Assembly: GCF_009914755.1 (NCBI RefSeq)
Contig: NC_060933.1
Length of the DNA stretch: 64,000 nt
Direction: 5' to 3' (one strand)
Source of the DNA: the human T2T-CHM13v2.0 reference genome, Homo sapiens
The notes below the pieces were generated by a model, which was not told the DNA's origin, did not search any database, and was given only the letters and a program-made list of their open reading frames with translations. Position numbers and translations under genes: made by a program. Below, one piece after another: positions 28,575-42,196 of this stretch (position 1 is the stretch's first letter; every line of letters starts with the position of its first letter).

Positions 28575-30210
28575 TTTACTTTTTATTGATATATAAGAGA
28601 TGCACATGTTTCAGGGTTTATGTAACTTTTGATGCATTTATATAACATGTAATATATCTATGATCTTAAATATTTATCTTTTATTTATGTTGTGAATATG
28701 TGACTTATTCTCTACTATTTTGAAATGTACTATAGATTATTGTTATTTTGACTATAGTCACTCCACTGATTTATCGATACTAGGACTTATTTTTTCTAAG
28801 TGTATTTTTTGTTTTACTATTAAGGAACCTCTGTTTATCCACTCCTCCCCTCTACTCTTCATGGCCTCTGCTAACCAGCAATATACTCTCTAGCTTCTTG
28901 AGATTCACTTTATAAGTTCCCATATATGAGGAAGAGTACAATATTTGTCTTTTTGTGTTTGGCTTATTTCACTGAACATAATGACCTCCAGTTCCGTAGA
29001 CGTTGCTGCAAATGACAGGATTTCATTTTTTAATGGCTGAATACCATTTCATTATGTATGTACACATTTTCGTTATCCATTCATCCATTACTAGGCACTT
29101 AATTAGGTTGCTTCTATATTTAACTACTGTGAATAGTGCTGCAATAAACATGGGAGTGCAGATCTCTCTCTTATGTATTGATTTCCTTTCTTTTGGATGT
29201 ATATCCAGTTATCGGCTCCATATACTGGGTTATATAGCAGTTCTATTTGTAGATATTTGAGGACCCTCCATACTATTTTCCCTAGTAGCTGTACTAATTT
29301 ATACTCCTTCCCACATTGTATGGGGGTTCTCCTTTCTCTACATTCTCTCCAGCATTCGTTATTGCCTGTCTTTGGATATAAGCCATTTTAAGTGGAGTGA
29401 AATATCTGACTGTAGTTTTGATTTGTATTCCTCTGATGATCAATGATGTTGATCACCTTTTTATATACCTGTTGGCCATTTGTGTGTCTTCTTCTGAGAA
29501 CTGTCTATTCAGATCTTTTGCCCATTTTTAAAACAGATGTTTTCCTTCCTATCGAGTTGTCTGAAGTCCTTATATTCTGATTATTAGTTCCTTGTCAGAT
29601 GGACAGATTGAAGATATTTTCACCCATCCTGTGGGTCATCTCTTCACTTTGTTGATTGTTACCTTTACTGTGCAGAAGATGTTTAGCTTGATATAATCCC
29701 ATTTGTTTTTGTTGTCTGTGCTTTTGAGGTCTTATCCCCTCAAATCATTGCCCAGAGCAATATCCTATAGCATTTCCCCAAAGTTAGCTTCTAGTAATTT
29801 CATAGTTTTAAGTCTTAGATTTAAGCCTTATTCCATTTTGATTTGTTTTATATGTTGAGAGATAGGGGTCTAGGATTTTTCCATATAGGTTATTCAGTTT
29901 TCCCAGCACATTTGATTGAAGAGCCTGTTATTTTGCCAATGTACACTTTCAACACCTTTGTTGAAAATGAGTTGGCTGTAAATGTGTGGACTTATTTCTG
30001 GTCTCTATTCTGTTTCATTGGTGTATGTGTCTTCTTTTATGCTAGTGCCATGCTGTTTTGGTTACTATGGCTTTGTAGTATATTTTGAAGTTAAGTCATG
30101 TGATGACTTTAGTTTGTTCTTGTTGCTCAGGATTGCTTTAGCAATTCAGGGTGTTTTATGGTTTCATATACATTTTAGGATATTTTTCTATATATTTAAA
30201 GAGTGTCATT
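28575..30210 (-). mobile_element. L1MA (approx. MA3/MA4) 3'UTR and ORF2 end: outer element, left part
   Basis: tttttattgatatataagagatgcacatg... L1MA-type 3' end followed by antisense ORF2 C-terminal sequence. Confidence 0.8.
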
Positions 30211-33200
30211 CTTTTTAATTTTTGTGGGTACATAATAGGTGTATATACTTATGGTGTACACGAGATATTTTGGTACAGGCATGCAATGCATAATAATAAC
30301 ATCATGGAAAAATGGGTATAAATCCATTCAAGCATTATCCTTTGTGTTTTAAACAATTTTTACTCTTTCAGTGATTGTTAAATATACAATTAGATTATTA
30401 TTAACAATAGTCCCCGTTTTGTGAAAAAATACCAGATCTTATTTGTTCTATTTTGTATGCACTAGCCATCCCTACCTCCCTCCCACACTCCCACTACCCT
30501 TCCTAGCCTTTTGAAACCATCCTTATATTCTGTTTCCATGAGTTCAATTGTTTTATTTTTTAAACTCATAAATAAATGAGAACATGCAATGTTTGTTTTT
30601 CTGTGCCTGGCTTATTTCACTTAACATGATGACCTCCAGTTCTATCCATGTTGTTGCAAATGACAGAATCTCATTCTTTTTATGGCTGAATAGTACTCCA
30701 TTGTGTGGAAGTGCTATGTGTTCTTTATTCATCTGTTGATGGAAACTTAAGTTGCTTTTACATTTTGGCTACTGTGAACAGTGCTGCAACAAACATGACA
30801 GTGCAGATTCAATATACTGATTTCCTTTCTTTTGGGTTTATACTCAGCTTTGGGGTTGTTGGATTGTATGACAGCTATATTTTTAGTTTTTTGAGGAACC
30901 TACAAACTGTTCTCCATAGTAGTTGTACTAATTTACATTCCCACCAATAGTATACAAGGCTTCCCTTTTCTCCACATTCTCGCCAGCGTTTGTTATTGCC
31001 TGTCTTTGGACAAAACCCATTTTAGCTGAGGTGAATGGATATCTCATTGTAGTTTTGATTTGCATTTCTCTGATGATCAATGATGTTAAACATTTTTTAT
31101 ATACCTGTTTGCCATTTGTATGCCTTCTTCTGGGAACTGTCTATTGAAATATTTTGCCCATTTTTCAATCAGATTATGAGATCTTTTCCTTTGGGATTGT
31201 TTGAACTCCATATATACTCTGGTTATTAATCTCCTGTCAAGTGAGTAGTTTGGAAATATTTTCTCCCATTCTGTGTGTTGTCTCTTCGCTTTATTGATTG
31301 TTTCCTTTGATGTGAAGAAGATTTTAAACTTGATGTGATTCCATTTGTCCATTTTTGCTTTGGTTGCCTATGCTTGTGGGATATTCATGAAGAAACATTT
31401 GCCCAGAACAATGTGCTGGAGAGTTTCCTCAATCTATTCTTGTAGTAGTATCATAGTTTGAGGTCTTAGATTTATGTCTGTAATCCACTTTTTAATTTGA
31501 TTGGTGTATAAAGCAAGAGGTAGGGATAAAGTTTCATTCTTCTGCATATGGATATCCAGTATTCCCAGCACCATTTATTGAAGAGACTGTCTTTTCCCTA
31601 GCATACGTTCTTGGCACCTTTGTCAAAAATGAGCCCACTGTAGGTGTGTGGATTTGTTTCTGGGTTCTCTATTCTATTCCATTAGTTTATGTGTCTGTTT
31701 TTATGCCAGTACTATGCTGTTTTGGTTGCTATAACTCTGTAGTACAATTTGAAGGCAAGTAATGTGATTTCTTCAGTTTTGTTCTTTTTGCTCAGCATAG
31801 CTTGGCTAGTCTGGATATTTTGTGATTCTATATAAATTTTAAGTTTTTTTTTTTTCTATTTCTGTGAAGACTGTCATTGGTATTGTGATAAGAATTGCAT
31901 TGAATCTGCAGATTGCTTTCTGTAGTACAGACAATTCAACAATACTGATTCTTCCAATCCATGAACATGAAAATTGTTTCCATTTTTTTTAGTGGCCTCT
32001 TAAATTTCTTTCATCAGTGTTTTATAGTTTTCACTGTAGAGATGTTTTACCTCTTTGGTTAATTCCTAGGTATTTAATTTTATTTGTGGCTATTGTAAAT
32101 GAGATTAATTTTTATTTCTTTTTCATATTGTTCACTGTTGGCATATAGAAATGATACTGATTACTGTATGTTGATTTTGTAACCTGAGAGTTTGCTGAAT
32201 TTATCAGTTCTAATATGTTTTTGGTAGAGTCTTTAGGATTCTCAAAATATAAGATCATATAATCTACAAACAATGATAATATGACTTCTTCCTTTCCAAT
32301 TTGGATGCCCTTTATTTCTTTCTCTTGTCTGTTTGGTCTAGCTAAGACTTCAGTAATATGTTGAATAACAGTAGTAAAAGTGGGCATCCTTGTCTTGTTC
32401 CAGATCTGGTATGGTTTAGCTTTGTGTTCGCACTAAATCTCATCTTGAATTGTAATCCCCTGTGTTTAGGGAGGAATCTGGTGAGAAGTGACTGGGTTAG
32501 GGGAATGGTTTCCCGCATAATGTTCTCATGTTTGTGAGTGGATTATCATGAGATCTGATGGTTTTATAGTTTTTCCTGTACTCTCACAGACACTCTCTCA
32601 CCTGCTGCCATGTAAGACATGCCAGCTTCTTCTTCCACCATAATTGTAAGTTTCCTCCCCCCGCCATGTGCAACTATGAGTCATTTAAATGTCTTTTCTT
32701 TATGACTTACTCAGTCATGGTCTGTTCTTTATAGCCGTGTGAAAATGGACTAATACAAGATCTAAGAGGTAGTCTTATTTAGGTTAAGTATGCTTGCTGT
32801 TCTATAATCTTCTTGTACATGAATGTTAATATATTTCTCTAGGTTTGGGAAGTTTTCTGCTATTATCCCTTCGAATAAACTTTCTACTTCTATGTCTTTC
32901 TCTACCTCCTCTTTAATTAAGGCCACTCTTAGACTTACCCTTTTGAGGATATTTTCTAGATCTTGTAGATGTGCTTCATTTTTTAATATTCTCTTTGCTT
33001 TTGTCTCCTCTGACTGTATTTTCAAATAAACTGCCTTCAGGCTCACTCCTTTTTTATCAATTGCTTGATCAGTTCTGCTATTAAGAGACTCTGTTGCATT
33101 CTTCATCATGTCAATTGCATATTTTCACTCTATAATTTCTGCTTGATTCTTTTTAAATATCTCAATCTCTGTTAAATTTATCCGACAGAATTGTGAATTC

Positions 33201-34745
33201 CTTCTCTGCATAATCTTGAATTTCTTTGAGTTTCCTCAAAACAGCAATTTTGAATATTTTGCCTCAAAGGTTATATAGCTCTGTTTCTCCTGGATTGGAC
33301 CTTGGTGCCTTATTCAGTTCATCTGGTGAGGTCATGTTTTCCTGGCGTGTTGATTTTTACAGATGTTTGTTTGTGCCTGGGCATTGAAGAGTTAGGTATT
33401 TATTGTATTCTTCACCATCTGGGCTTGTTTCTGCCTGTCCTTCTTGGGAAGGTTTTCCAGGTATGCAAAGGGTCTTGAACCCCAAGCATAATCCTGTGGT
33501 TCTTGCAGACTTGTAGTGGTACTCTCTTGGTGGTCTTGGATAACATCTGGATGAATTCTCTACATTGCTAGGCAGAGACTTTTGTTCTTTTCCCTTACAT
33601 TTTCCCAAACATATGGAGTCTCTCTCTCTGTAGTGAGCCACCTGGAATGGGCAGGTGTGTTGATGCAAGCTCCTTTGTGGCCACCACCACCAGGACTGTG
33701 CTGGGTCAGATCTGAAGCCAGCAGAGTACTGGGCCTTGTCAAAGGCTCTACCCTTCAGGATTGCGAGTTCCAGGAATGTCCAGAGATGCTGTCCGGAAGC
33801 CAGGGATTAAAGTAAAAAAACCTTAGCAACTGATGTTGCTGACCTGATGTTCCATTCTACTGTGGCTAAACTGGCACTCAAACTACCACACCAAGTCCTT
33901 CCCACTCTTCCCTTCACTTACCAAAGGAAGAGGAGCCTCTCCCTGTGGCTGCCACCACCACTGGTTCATCTGCCATGCCACCACCAATGTTCGCTTAAAG
34001 ACAAAGCACTCTTCTATTGGCTTGTGGTGAACGCTACCAGGCCTAGGACTCACTCTTCAGGCCCTGGGGTGCCCTTTGACCTTGGTCAGGTCCAGAAATG
34101 CCGTCCAAGAGCCTAAGCCTGGACTCGGACTCCCAAGAGCCTGCTTGTTGCTCTACCCTACTGTGGCCAAGCTGGTACCTAGTGTGCAAGACAAAGTCTC
34201 CTTTACTTTTCCCTCTGCTTTACTCAAACAGAAGGAATCATTCACTGTAGCCACCGTAGCTGAGAGTATGCTGGGTCTCCTCCACATTCAACACATTTCA
34301 GAGCCCAAAGCCCATGGCATACTCTCTGGGTATCGCTGGTGGTTATTCAGGGCTCAAGGGCTCTTTAGTCAGAAGTCGATGAATCTTGCCAGGACTGGGT
34401 CCTTCCCTCCAAGGCACTGGGTTCCATTTTGGCCCAGAGTGTGTCAAGAAATGTTGTCTGGGAGCTATGTCCTCACAACTCTGCCCAGTGCCCTATCCTA
34501 CTGTGACTGAGCTGGTATCCATGACATAAGACAAAGTTCTCTTCACTCTCCTCTTTTTAAGCAGAAGGAGAGAATCACTCTCATTGCTATGAGCTGGGTT
34601 GCCTGAAGTTGGGGGAAGGATTGTGCAAACCCTCTCTTAGCTGTGCCCATGGTGTCTCCCTAGGTCATATGTGACCTTAGTTCACTGGCTCTAAGCTCAG
34701 CCTAGCACTAGGAATTGAATAGGAATTGCAGTCCTTGTGTCCTAA
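30211..34745 (-). mobile_element. L1MA1/MA2-like element nested in the older L1, with a large internal ORF1-ORF2 deletion
   Basis: New 3' end ttttaatttttgtgggtacataataggtg at 30211. ORF2 remnants (ORFs 31086-31352 and 32112-32387). ORF1 remnant 32762-33109 (SLFEGIIAENFPNLEK). GC-richer 5'UTR to ~34745. Confidence 0.8.
32407..32757 (+). mobile_element. THE1D-like solo LTR inserted in the L1, perfect 5 bp TSD
   Basis: tggtatggtttagc...ggactaataca, flanked by agatc at 32402-32406 and 32758-32762. Confidence 0.9.
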
Positions 34746-37700
34746 TCATATATGGCATTTATTATTTCGAGGTATGTTCCTTTTATACCCAGTTTATTGA
34801 GAGTTTTTATTACAAGTTGGTGTTAATTTTTATCTAATGCTTTTCAGCATCTATGAAATGATCAAATGTGTTTGTTCTCGGTTTTGTTAATGTGATGCAT
34901 CATGTTCACTGTTTTGCATATGTTTAACCATTCTTGTATCCCTGGATTGAATCCTATATGATCATGGTGATAGATCATTTTAATGTGTTGTTGAATTAGG
35001 TTTGCTAATATTTTGTTGAGGATGTTTACATCTGTGTTTATCAGGAATATTGACCTGTAGTTTTCTTTTATATAGCATCCTTGTCTGGGTTTGGTATCAG
35101 GGTAATGCAGTTCTTATAAAATAATTTTGGAAGTATTTCCTCCTTTTCAATTTTTTTTTAGTTTGAATACAATTGGTGTTAGTTCGTAAATATTGGGAGA
35201 ATTCAGCAGTGAAGTCATTAGGTCCTGGGCTCTTTTTTGATGGGAGACTTTTTATTACAGCTTCGACCTTGTTAGTTTTTATTGGTTTGCTCCAGTTTTC
35301 TATTTCTTCAAGATTCATCCTTTAGTAAGTTATATGTGCCCATGAATATATTCCATTATGGTCATAAAAGGTACTTGATCTAATTTTGACTTTTTGAATT
35401 TGTTAAGAATAATTTTGTAGCCTAACTATAGTCTATTCTTGAGAATGTTTCATACGTTTATAAGAAAAATGTGTATTCTGCAGCAATTGGATGAAATGTT
35501 CTACAAATATTAGTTAGGCCCATTTGGTCTAGTGTTTAATTTATCTCTGATGTTTCTTCATTGACCTTCTGCCTGGATAACCTGTTCATTACTGCGAGAG
35601 AGGTGTTGAAGTCCCATGCTATTATTGTATTGCAGTCTAGCTCTCCTTTTAGATCTATTAATGTTTGCTTTTTATAATTGGGTGCTCCTGTTTTGTGTGC
35701 ATAGATATTTGTAATTGTTATATCCTTTCATGGGACTCATCCTTTTATCATTATGTAGTGTCCTCCTTTGCCTATTTTTGTAGTATTTGACTTAAAAGTC
35801 TATGTTATCTGATTTAAATATAGCTACTCTTGCTTTTTTGTTTCCATTTGCATAAACTATCTTATTCCCTTTCTTCAACTTATAGTCTATGTGTGTCTTT
35901 ATAGGTGAAATGGGTTTCTTGTAGGCAGCATATAGTTGTGCCTTGTTTCTTTATTCGTTCAGACACTCTTTGCCATTTAATGGAATAATTTAGTCTATTT
36001 AAACACAATGTTATTATTGATAGGTAAAGATTTACTATTGCAATTTTGTTACTTGCTTTCTGGTTGTTTTACAAATTCTCTCTCACTTTCTTCCTTTGTG
36101 GTTAAGTGATTTTCTCTGATTGTATATTTTGGTTTGTTGCTTTTCATATTTAGTGTATTCATTACATGTGTTTCTTCTGTGAGGCTTACAAAAACATATA
36201 AAAATTTTATTTTAAATAGACAACTTATCTGATCACAAAGAAAAAATTAGAAACAAAGGAATAGTTAAAACAAATTGTACACTTTAACTTCATATCCATT
36301 TAGATTTTTCTTGCCTCAATTTACATATTTTTATAGTGCCTGTCTCTTAAGTTGTTGTAGCTATTTTTTTGATAGATTGCTTTTTAGTCTTCACACTAGA
36401 GTTATAAGTGGATTGCAAATCACAATTACAGTGTTAGAATATTGTGAGTTTGTCTGTGTCCTTACTTTTACAAGTGAACTTAATAACTTCAAATGTTTTC
36501 TCTTTGCATATTAGTGTTATTTTTTCTTTCAGATTGAAAAACTCCCTACAGAATTTCTTGTAAGATGGGTCTGATGGTTATAAGTTCCCCATCTTTTGTT
36601 TCTCTGGGAAAGACTATTTCTCCTTCATGTTTGAAGAATAGCTTTGTTGGGTACATAATTTTTGTTTCAGAGTTTTCATTTTTTTAAATTTCAACATTTT
36701 TGCATGTTTTCCCACTTCTACTGGCCTATATATTTTCTAATAAGAAGTCTGTTGCCAAAAAAATTGGAAGTCTCTCATATGTTTTTTGCTTCTTTTCTCT
36801 TGTTGCTTTTAGAATTCTCCTTTTGTGTTTGACCTTTGAGAGTTTAATTATTATATGCCTTGGGGTAGTTTTATCTGGGTGAAATCTGTTTGGTAATCTC
36901 TGACCTGCATATTTATATAGTGTTTTTGAAAGCTGTCATTTCTTTTAATAAACTTTCTACCCCTTGGTCTTGCTCAACTTCCTCGAACACAAATAATTCT
37001 TAGATTTCCTCTTTTGAGATAATTTTACATATCTTGTAGGAATTCTTTATTCATTATTTTTCCTCTTTGTGTATTTTGCAAATAGCCTGTCTTTGAGCTC
37101 ACTGATTCTTTCCTCTACTTGATCCATTCTGCTATTGAGAGACTTTAATGACTTTTTCAGTTCAGCAAACATATTTCTCAGCTCCAGGAATTCTGTTTCA
37201 ATTTTTAATTATTTCTCTGTTAAATTTCCCTGATAAATTTTTGACTTTTATTCTGTGTTATTTTGGAAATTAATGAGTTTCCTTCAGATTACTATTTTGG
37301 ATTTTTATCAGAGAGCTCTTCTATCACCATCTTATTAGGGTCTTTCACTGGCTCCTTACTTTGTACACTTCGGAAGGTCATAGTTCCCTCTTTACTGTTT
37401 TTTCTTGTGGAGGTACACCTCCGTCTTCCCATCAAAGGACTAGTCTTTTATTTCAGTCTTCTCTTTCTGGGTTGGTGTTTTTACTGGATATGTTTCCTTA
37501 GAGGTTTCTTTGCAATATAGTTACTGAGTATCTTTTCTGCTAAGTTACTTTCTCCTTTTTAGCACTAAAGAGTGCCTTAAGCCCGGGTTTGTCTTGGCTT
37601 TAGTGAAATTCAGTGTGTTGCCTGTCCCAGATAGGGGAGATCCCAAAGGGCAAATGCCAACAGTATGAGAAGACTGGGTAGGGGTTTATTCCCAGGAAAC

Positions 37701-38150
37701 CCATGGGACATGCCAACAACAGTATGGTCCTGCTAGATGGCTACTCTAATTTGGCATCTCCTTTGGCTGGGATAGAACAAAGTTTTCTGGTCTGGTAATG
37801 GTAGTCCTGCCACCCTCCCCACTCCAGTCTCTGGCTGTCTTCAGGGTTATTTCTGCCTTCACGCCCTCCCAATGCTTCCTATGGGTTGAGGCAGGAACAG
37901 GTCTCCTGCCAGTGCACCCAAGAGGTTGAAAAGCTGGCTGTTCAATTTGATCTCACTCTTGTAATGGAGTATCCATAAGTCTCGGAGAAATTTTCCACCT
38001 ACTTGGTGCCTGGAAGATTTGAGAAAGGGCATCACAGATATAAAAGTCTGATTAGCCTAACAACATAGCCTAACTCCTAGCATGGAGTTTTTACTTCTCT
38101 GTAGCCTCAGATGCTGTCTCATCCTCACATATAAATGGTGATATATTGCT
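34746..38150 (-). mobile_element. L1MA outer element, right part (ORF2, ORF1 and 5' region)
   Basis: ORF 35097-35318 (EAVIKSLPSKKSPGPNDFTAEF) is L1 ORF2. Antisense ORF1-like sequence at ~36500-37300. End approximate. Confidence 0.75.
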
Positions 38151-39989
38151 AGAAGTTCGGTAATTCACTGTTCCTTGTGTCTAACTTTTTAATAAAACGA
38201 TTGTCTTTGGCATGACTTTCTCTCTGCTACTATAAAATGTTTTAATATATCCTTCTTCTACTCATGTTTATTGACTGTGAAAATGGCTGTATTTCTTCAA
38301 TTAAGAATAATCCAATTTTCTAAAAAAAGAACTGATAATTGGCTATTTTCGTTGTGGTTATCATGGTAACAATAACATAGTTCTGGTACTTACATTTCAG
38401 TCAAGCTGTTTCTCTGAAATACATTTTTCTTCTACATGCATACCTTATACTGAGTTATGTGAGACCTAGGTGTTTTTTCAAGCACAATGGCAATAATCAA
38501 GATCTAAATAATTTCCTTTTCATATTATGTCAAAATTACTAACCACCATTATCTTTTAATAAAATATTTTTAAAACTTGTGGATTTATACTTAAGCTAAA
38601 ATTCCTTTTTGTTCTTTTTTGTCCCCCTTAGGAATGAAATGCCTGAATTGTAATATTAGGGTCTTTGGTGCCACATTCTCAGAGCACAGGGGTGTATGTG
38701 TCTGATAGTTTAAATAACAGTTAAATCAAATTAGAACTCTAAAATGAATCTTATCTATTAGAACAGTTTTTACCCCCCCAATACAGCTACTTAAAATATC
38801 CCATTTCGGAAAATGCTCACTTAGAAGAATATGTGTTTTCTTTTGACCAACTAAGTGCCTTGGTCACAACAGCAGGGCTTCTATTTGCTAACAGAGCTGT
38901 TTCTTGCACTTATTGAAAGAAGAGGGACCGTTAAAGTTTTAGTAGTTGAAAATTATCCACTAATTAGAACTGGAAGCAAGAAGCCATGAAGTACAGGTGA
39001 TAACTATAAATCAGAACAATTAGTCTGTCTAGAAAAGCAACATGATCAAATCAGAGTCAGCATACCAGCTGCTCATTTAATCTAGGGTTGCAATGTTTTT
39101 CCCTTTTTGTGAGATAACCCTGTACAGCAGGAGCTTGGATTTGACAAGTATGCATTCCTCAGAATTATTTATGAATTCAAGAAAGTGTTGGTACGCTGAT
39201 GTTACTTTTACAGAAATGCTTGGATTTGAATAAGAAAATAAATGACATTCAGAATGTGAAATTCCTTAAATATGATGTTGCATTTTCACCTAGCATAAAT
39301 ATTTACATCGGCAAAGGTACTGAACTATATATTTTTCTTTCTGATTGCTATTGCTTGAGAAATATATATTATGTGAATATCATCATTTTGTTGTAGTACT
39401 GCCCTTCGGAAATACATTAAACTTCTACATAAAAGTGGAATTATTTTATAATAAATGAAATTTTAATATTCCTCTAAATCATTACTTGAAATCTGTTTTT
39501 ATTTTCTTAGACATTCTGGCAGTATTAGAGAAATAAGTATTTTGAGTGCACACACAATGAACAACAGCAATATACAAGACAATATTTATATACTAATGCT
39601 GTTTCCTTCTGTAATATGGTAATTTTATTACACAGTATTTCTAGAGTTGAGATGTGTAAGGCACTCTACATGGTTTTGGAACCATACTATTCTAAAATCT
39701 GACTTGTTTTTAAAACATTATATGTTTGTAGAGAAATGAGATAATTAGACAAACAACAAAAACAAAAGCTGAAAGTGGTAACAATTGTTACAGAAATGAT
39801 AAAGCAAATGAAAGATCAGAAATTTCAATAATTCAATGTATGATGATGAATTACAGTCATATACAATAATTCCTCATTGTGTATACAATATAATATGTAA
39901 TTCCTTATTGCTTATATAACCATTATCATTATTATAAAATGGTCTTGTTTTCTGACCCTAACTAAGTTTAAGACTTATCTCCTATTTTC

Positions 39990-41900
39990 ATCTCCATAAA
40001 AATTTCTAGTAGATTTCAGGCAGATCCTAAGATTTTGGAATATAAAGACAAATGAAAAAATGTGGCTTCTGCCATCAAATAACTGACAATCTAACAGAAA
40101 GTTACAGATGTAAACAAACCATTACAATACTAGGTGTTAACAGCAAAGTAGAAATGTGTGCAAAGAGTTGTAGGAACTCAGAGAAACGAGTACTTCATTC
40201 CCCTAGAAGTCAGAAAAGCTTTCTAAACACTTCATCCTGAGATTAAAAAAAAAAAAAAAATTGAATAGGTATTCCCCCTGTTGGAATATGTTGGGAAGAT
40301 ATTAAAGAATGGAGAGCAGCTCATACACAGGCATTGAGAGATGTGTATAACCCATTCTTGGATGAGCTTAGGAATTTGGCATAGTGTTGCCTAAATATAC
40401 AAGGAAGCCATTTTGGGAGGTAACACTGAAAACTTAGAGCAAATAACTAAGAATGTTTCAAACATGATGGTAGTTATATCTCATATACAATAAGGAGCCA
40501 TTTAAAAACTTCAAACTAATTAAGGACAAAAGCAGGTTTGCATTATAAAAAAAAGTTACGCTAATAATTACATGGTGTGAACTGGAAGCAGAGAAACTGG
40601 AGACAGGGGTCCAGATAGAAACATAGGGGAACAACCTAGAGATTGTAGGTAACTCCCAGTTGTACTAAAGAGTTAGTACTCAAAGGTTTTAAATTTCACA
40701 GTCAAATTAGCAACAAACCATAATACTTGTTGTATTTTGTATTTGGGAAGGCATTGATGACCATTTTGCATTTAGCAAGCCACAAAGTCTTCTGAATGGT
40801 AGAGGTGGGGATGGCAAATGGGAGATACATATGAAAGACCTTGCAGAGGAAAATAGACAGTACTTAGAAATTCATTAGATGTGAAATAGAATATTAAAGT
40901 TGAATTCAACCAAAAAATTCCTTTTCAAATGAGAAGGATGAATATGCTATTAATACAATTTGGGAGTCTACACAAGAGTTTCAGAGGGAAGAAATGAAGC
41001 TTTCTATATAAACTGATAAGCTATTTGAAAACTAAAGTATTGGCCAGGTGTGGTGGCTCACTCCTGTAATCCCAGCATTTTGGGAGGCAGAGGCGGGTGG
41101 ACCACCTGAGGTCAGGAGTTCAAGACAAGCCTGGCCAACATGGTGAAACTCCGTCTCTACTAAAAATACAAAAATTAGCCAGGCTTGGTGGTGCATGCCT
41201 GTATTCCCCACTACTAGGGGGAGCTGAGGCAGGGGGATTGCTTGAACATGGGAGGCAGAGGTTGCAGTGAGCCGAGATTGTGCCACTGCACTCCAGCCTG
41301 GGCAACAGAGCAAGACTCCGTCTCAAAAGAAAGAGAGAGAGAGAGAGAAAGAAAGAGAGGAAACTAAAGTATCATGATGACGAGAAAGAAAAGGGCTAAG
41401 AACATTTATGGGAGTCATATGAACGAAGACATAGTTGAAGTCACTTAGGGAGAGGGTGCATAAAACAGTGTAATCTAAAGAGAACTTTGGTTGTGTTTAC
41501 AATTAGAGAATTGGTAACAAGAGAGGAATTAATGCAGAGAATGGGGCAATAGTGTGAGATCACAACAGTATAATATCATGGAACCCAAAGAAGCATAGTT
41601 TCACAGTGGGCTTTTTCTGGGTCAGATGTTCTAAAGATGACAAATAGACTCAGAAAATCCTTGCGTTTGATGGCTGGAGGTACCAGTGATCTTCCAAGAG
41701 AGTAATTGTGTTATTATATATGCTGAAGTGGTTATTGGGAAATAGATTTCAGGTGGATAGTTAATGAAGCACAGACAAGAGAAAAACAGTACTTTCAAGC
41801 CACTTTTTGAGAAAACTGGTAGTGAGGAGAAAACAGAAAAGATATTTCAGAAAAACGTGTTTCTTGAAGTAGACTGCTTATGGAGGAAAAGTGGAGAAAG
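39990..41900 (-). mobile_element. Decayed L2 LINE, interrupted by an Alu
   Basis: tgtggcttctgccatcaaataactgacaatcta...; purine-rich L2 antisense signature continues on both sides of the Alu. Boundaries approximate. Confidence 0.55.
41042..41360 (+). mobile_element. AluS (Sx-like), full length, with (GA)n-converted tail
   Basis: ggccaggtgtggtggctcac...gactccgtctc. TSD aaactaaagtat at 41029-41040 and 41361-41372. Confidence 0.95.
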
Positions 41901-42196
41901 TAGCTGACATAGAAATGGTAGTAACTAATTATGTGTTTATAGAAGTGGAAATGCATAAAAAGAGCAGTAAAGATAATGGTTATCAATTAATACACTTAAT
42001 GGCTAGCTTATGGTAAGATCTAAAACAAGAAAGTGAATGTGATCAGGAGAGTAAAGAATAACAAGATCTTAACATTTCTGACTCTATTTGTATAGGGTGA
42101 AAAATCCGTAAAGCCAATCCATACATGGATCTATATATGAGTCTAGATCCAGAAAGCCAATCTAATACTATTCTCTTTTTAAACAGAATGTACTAC

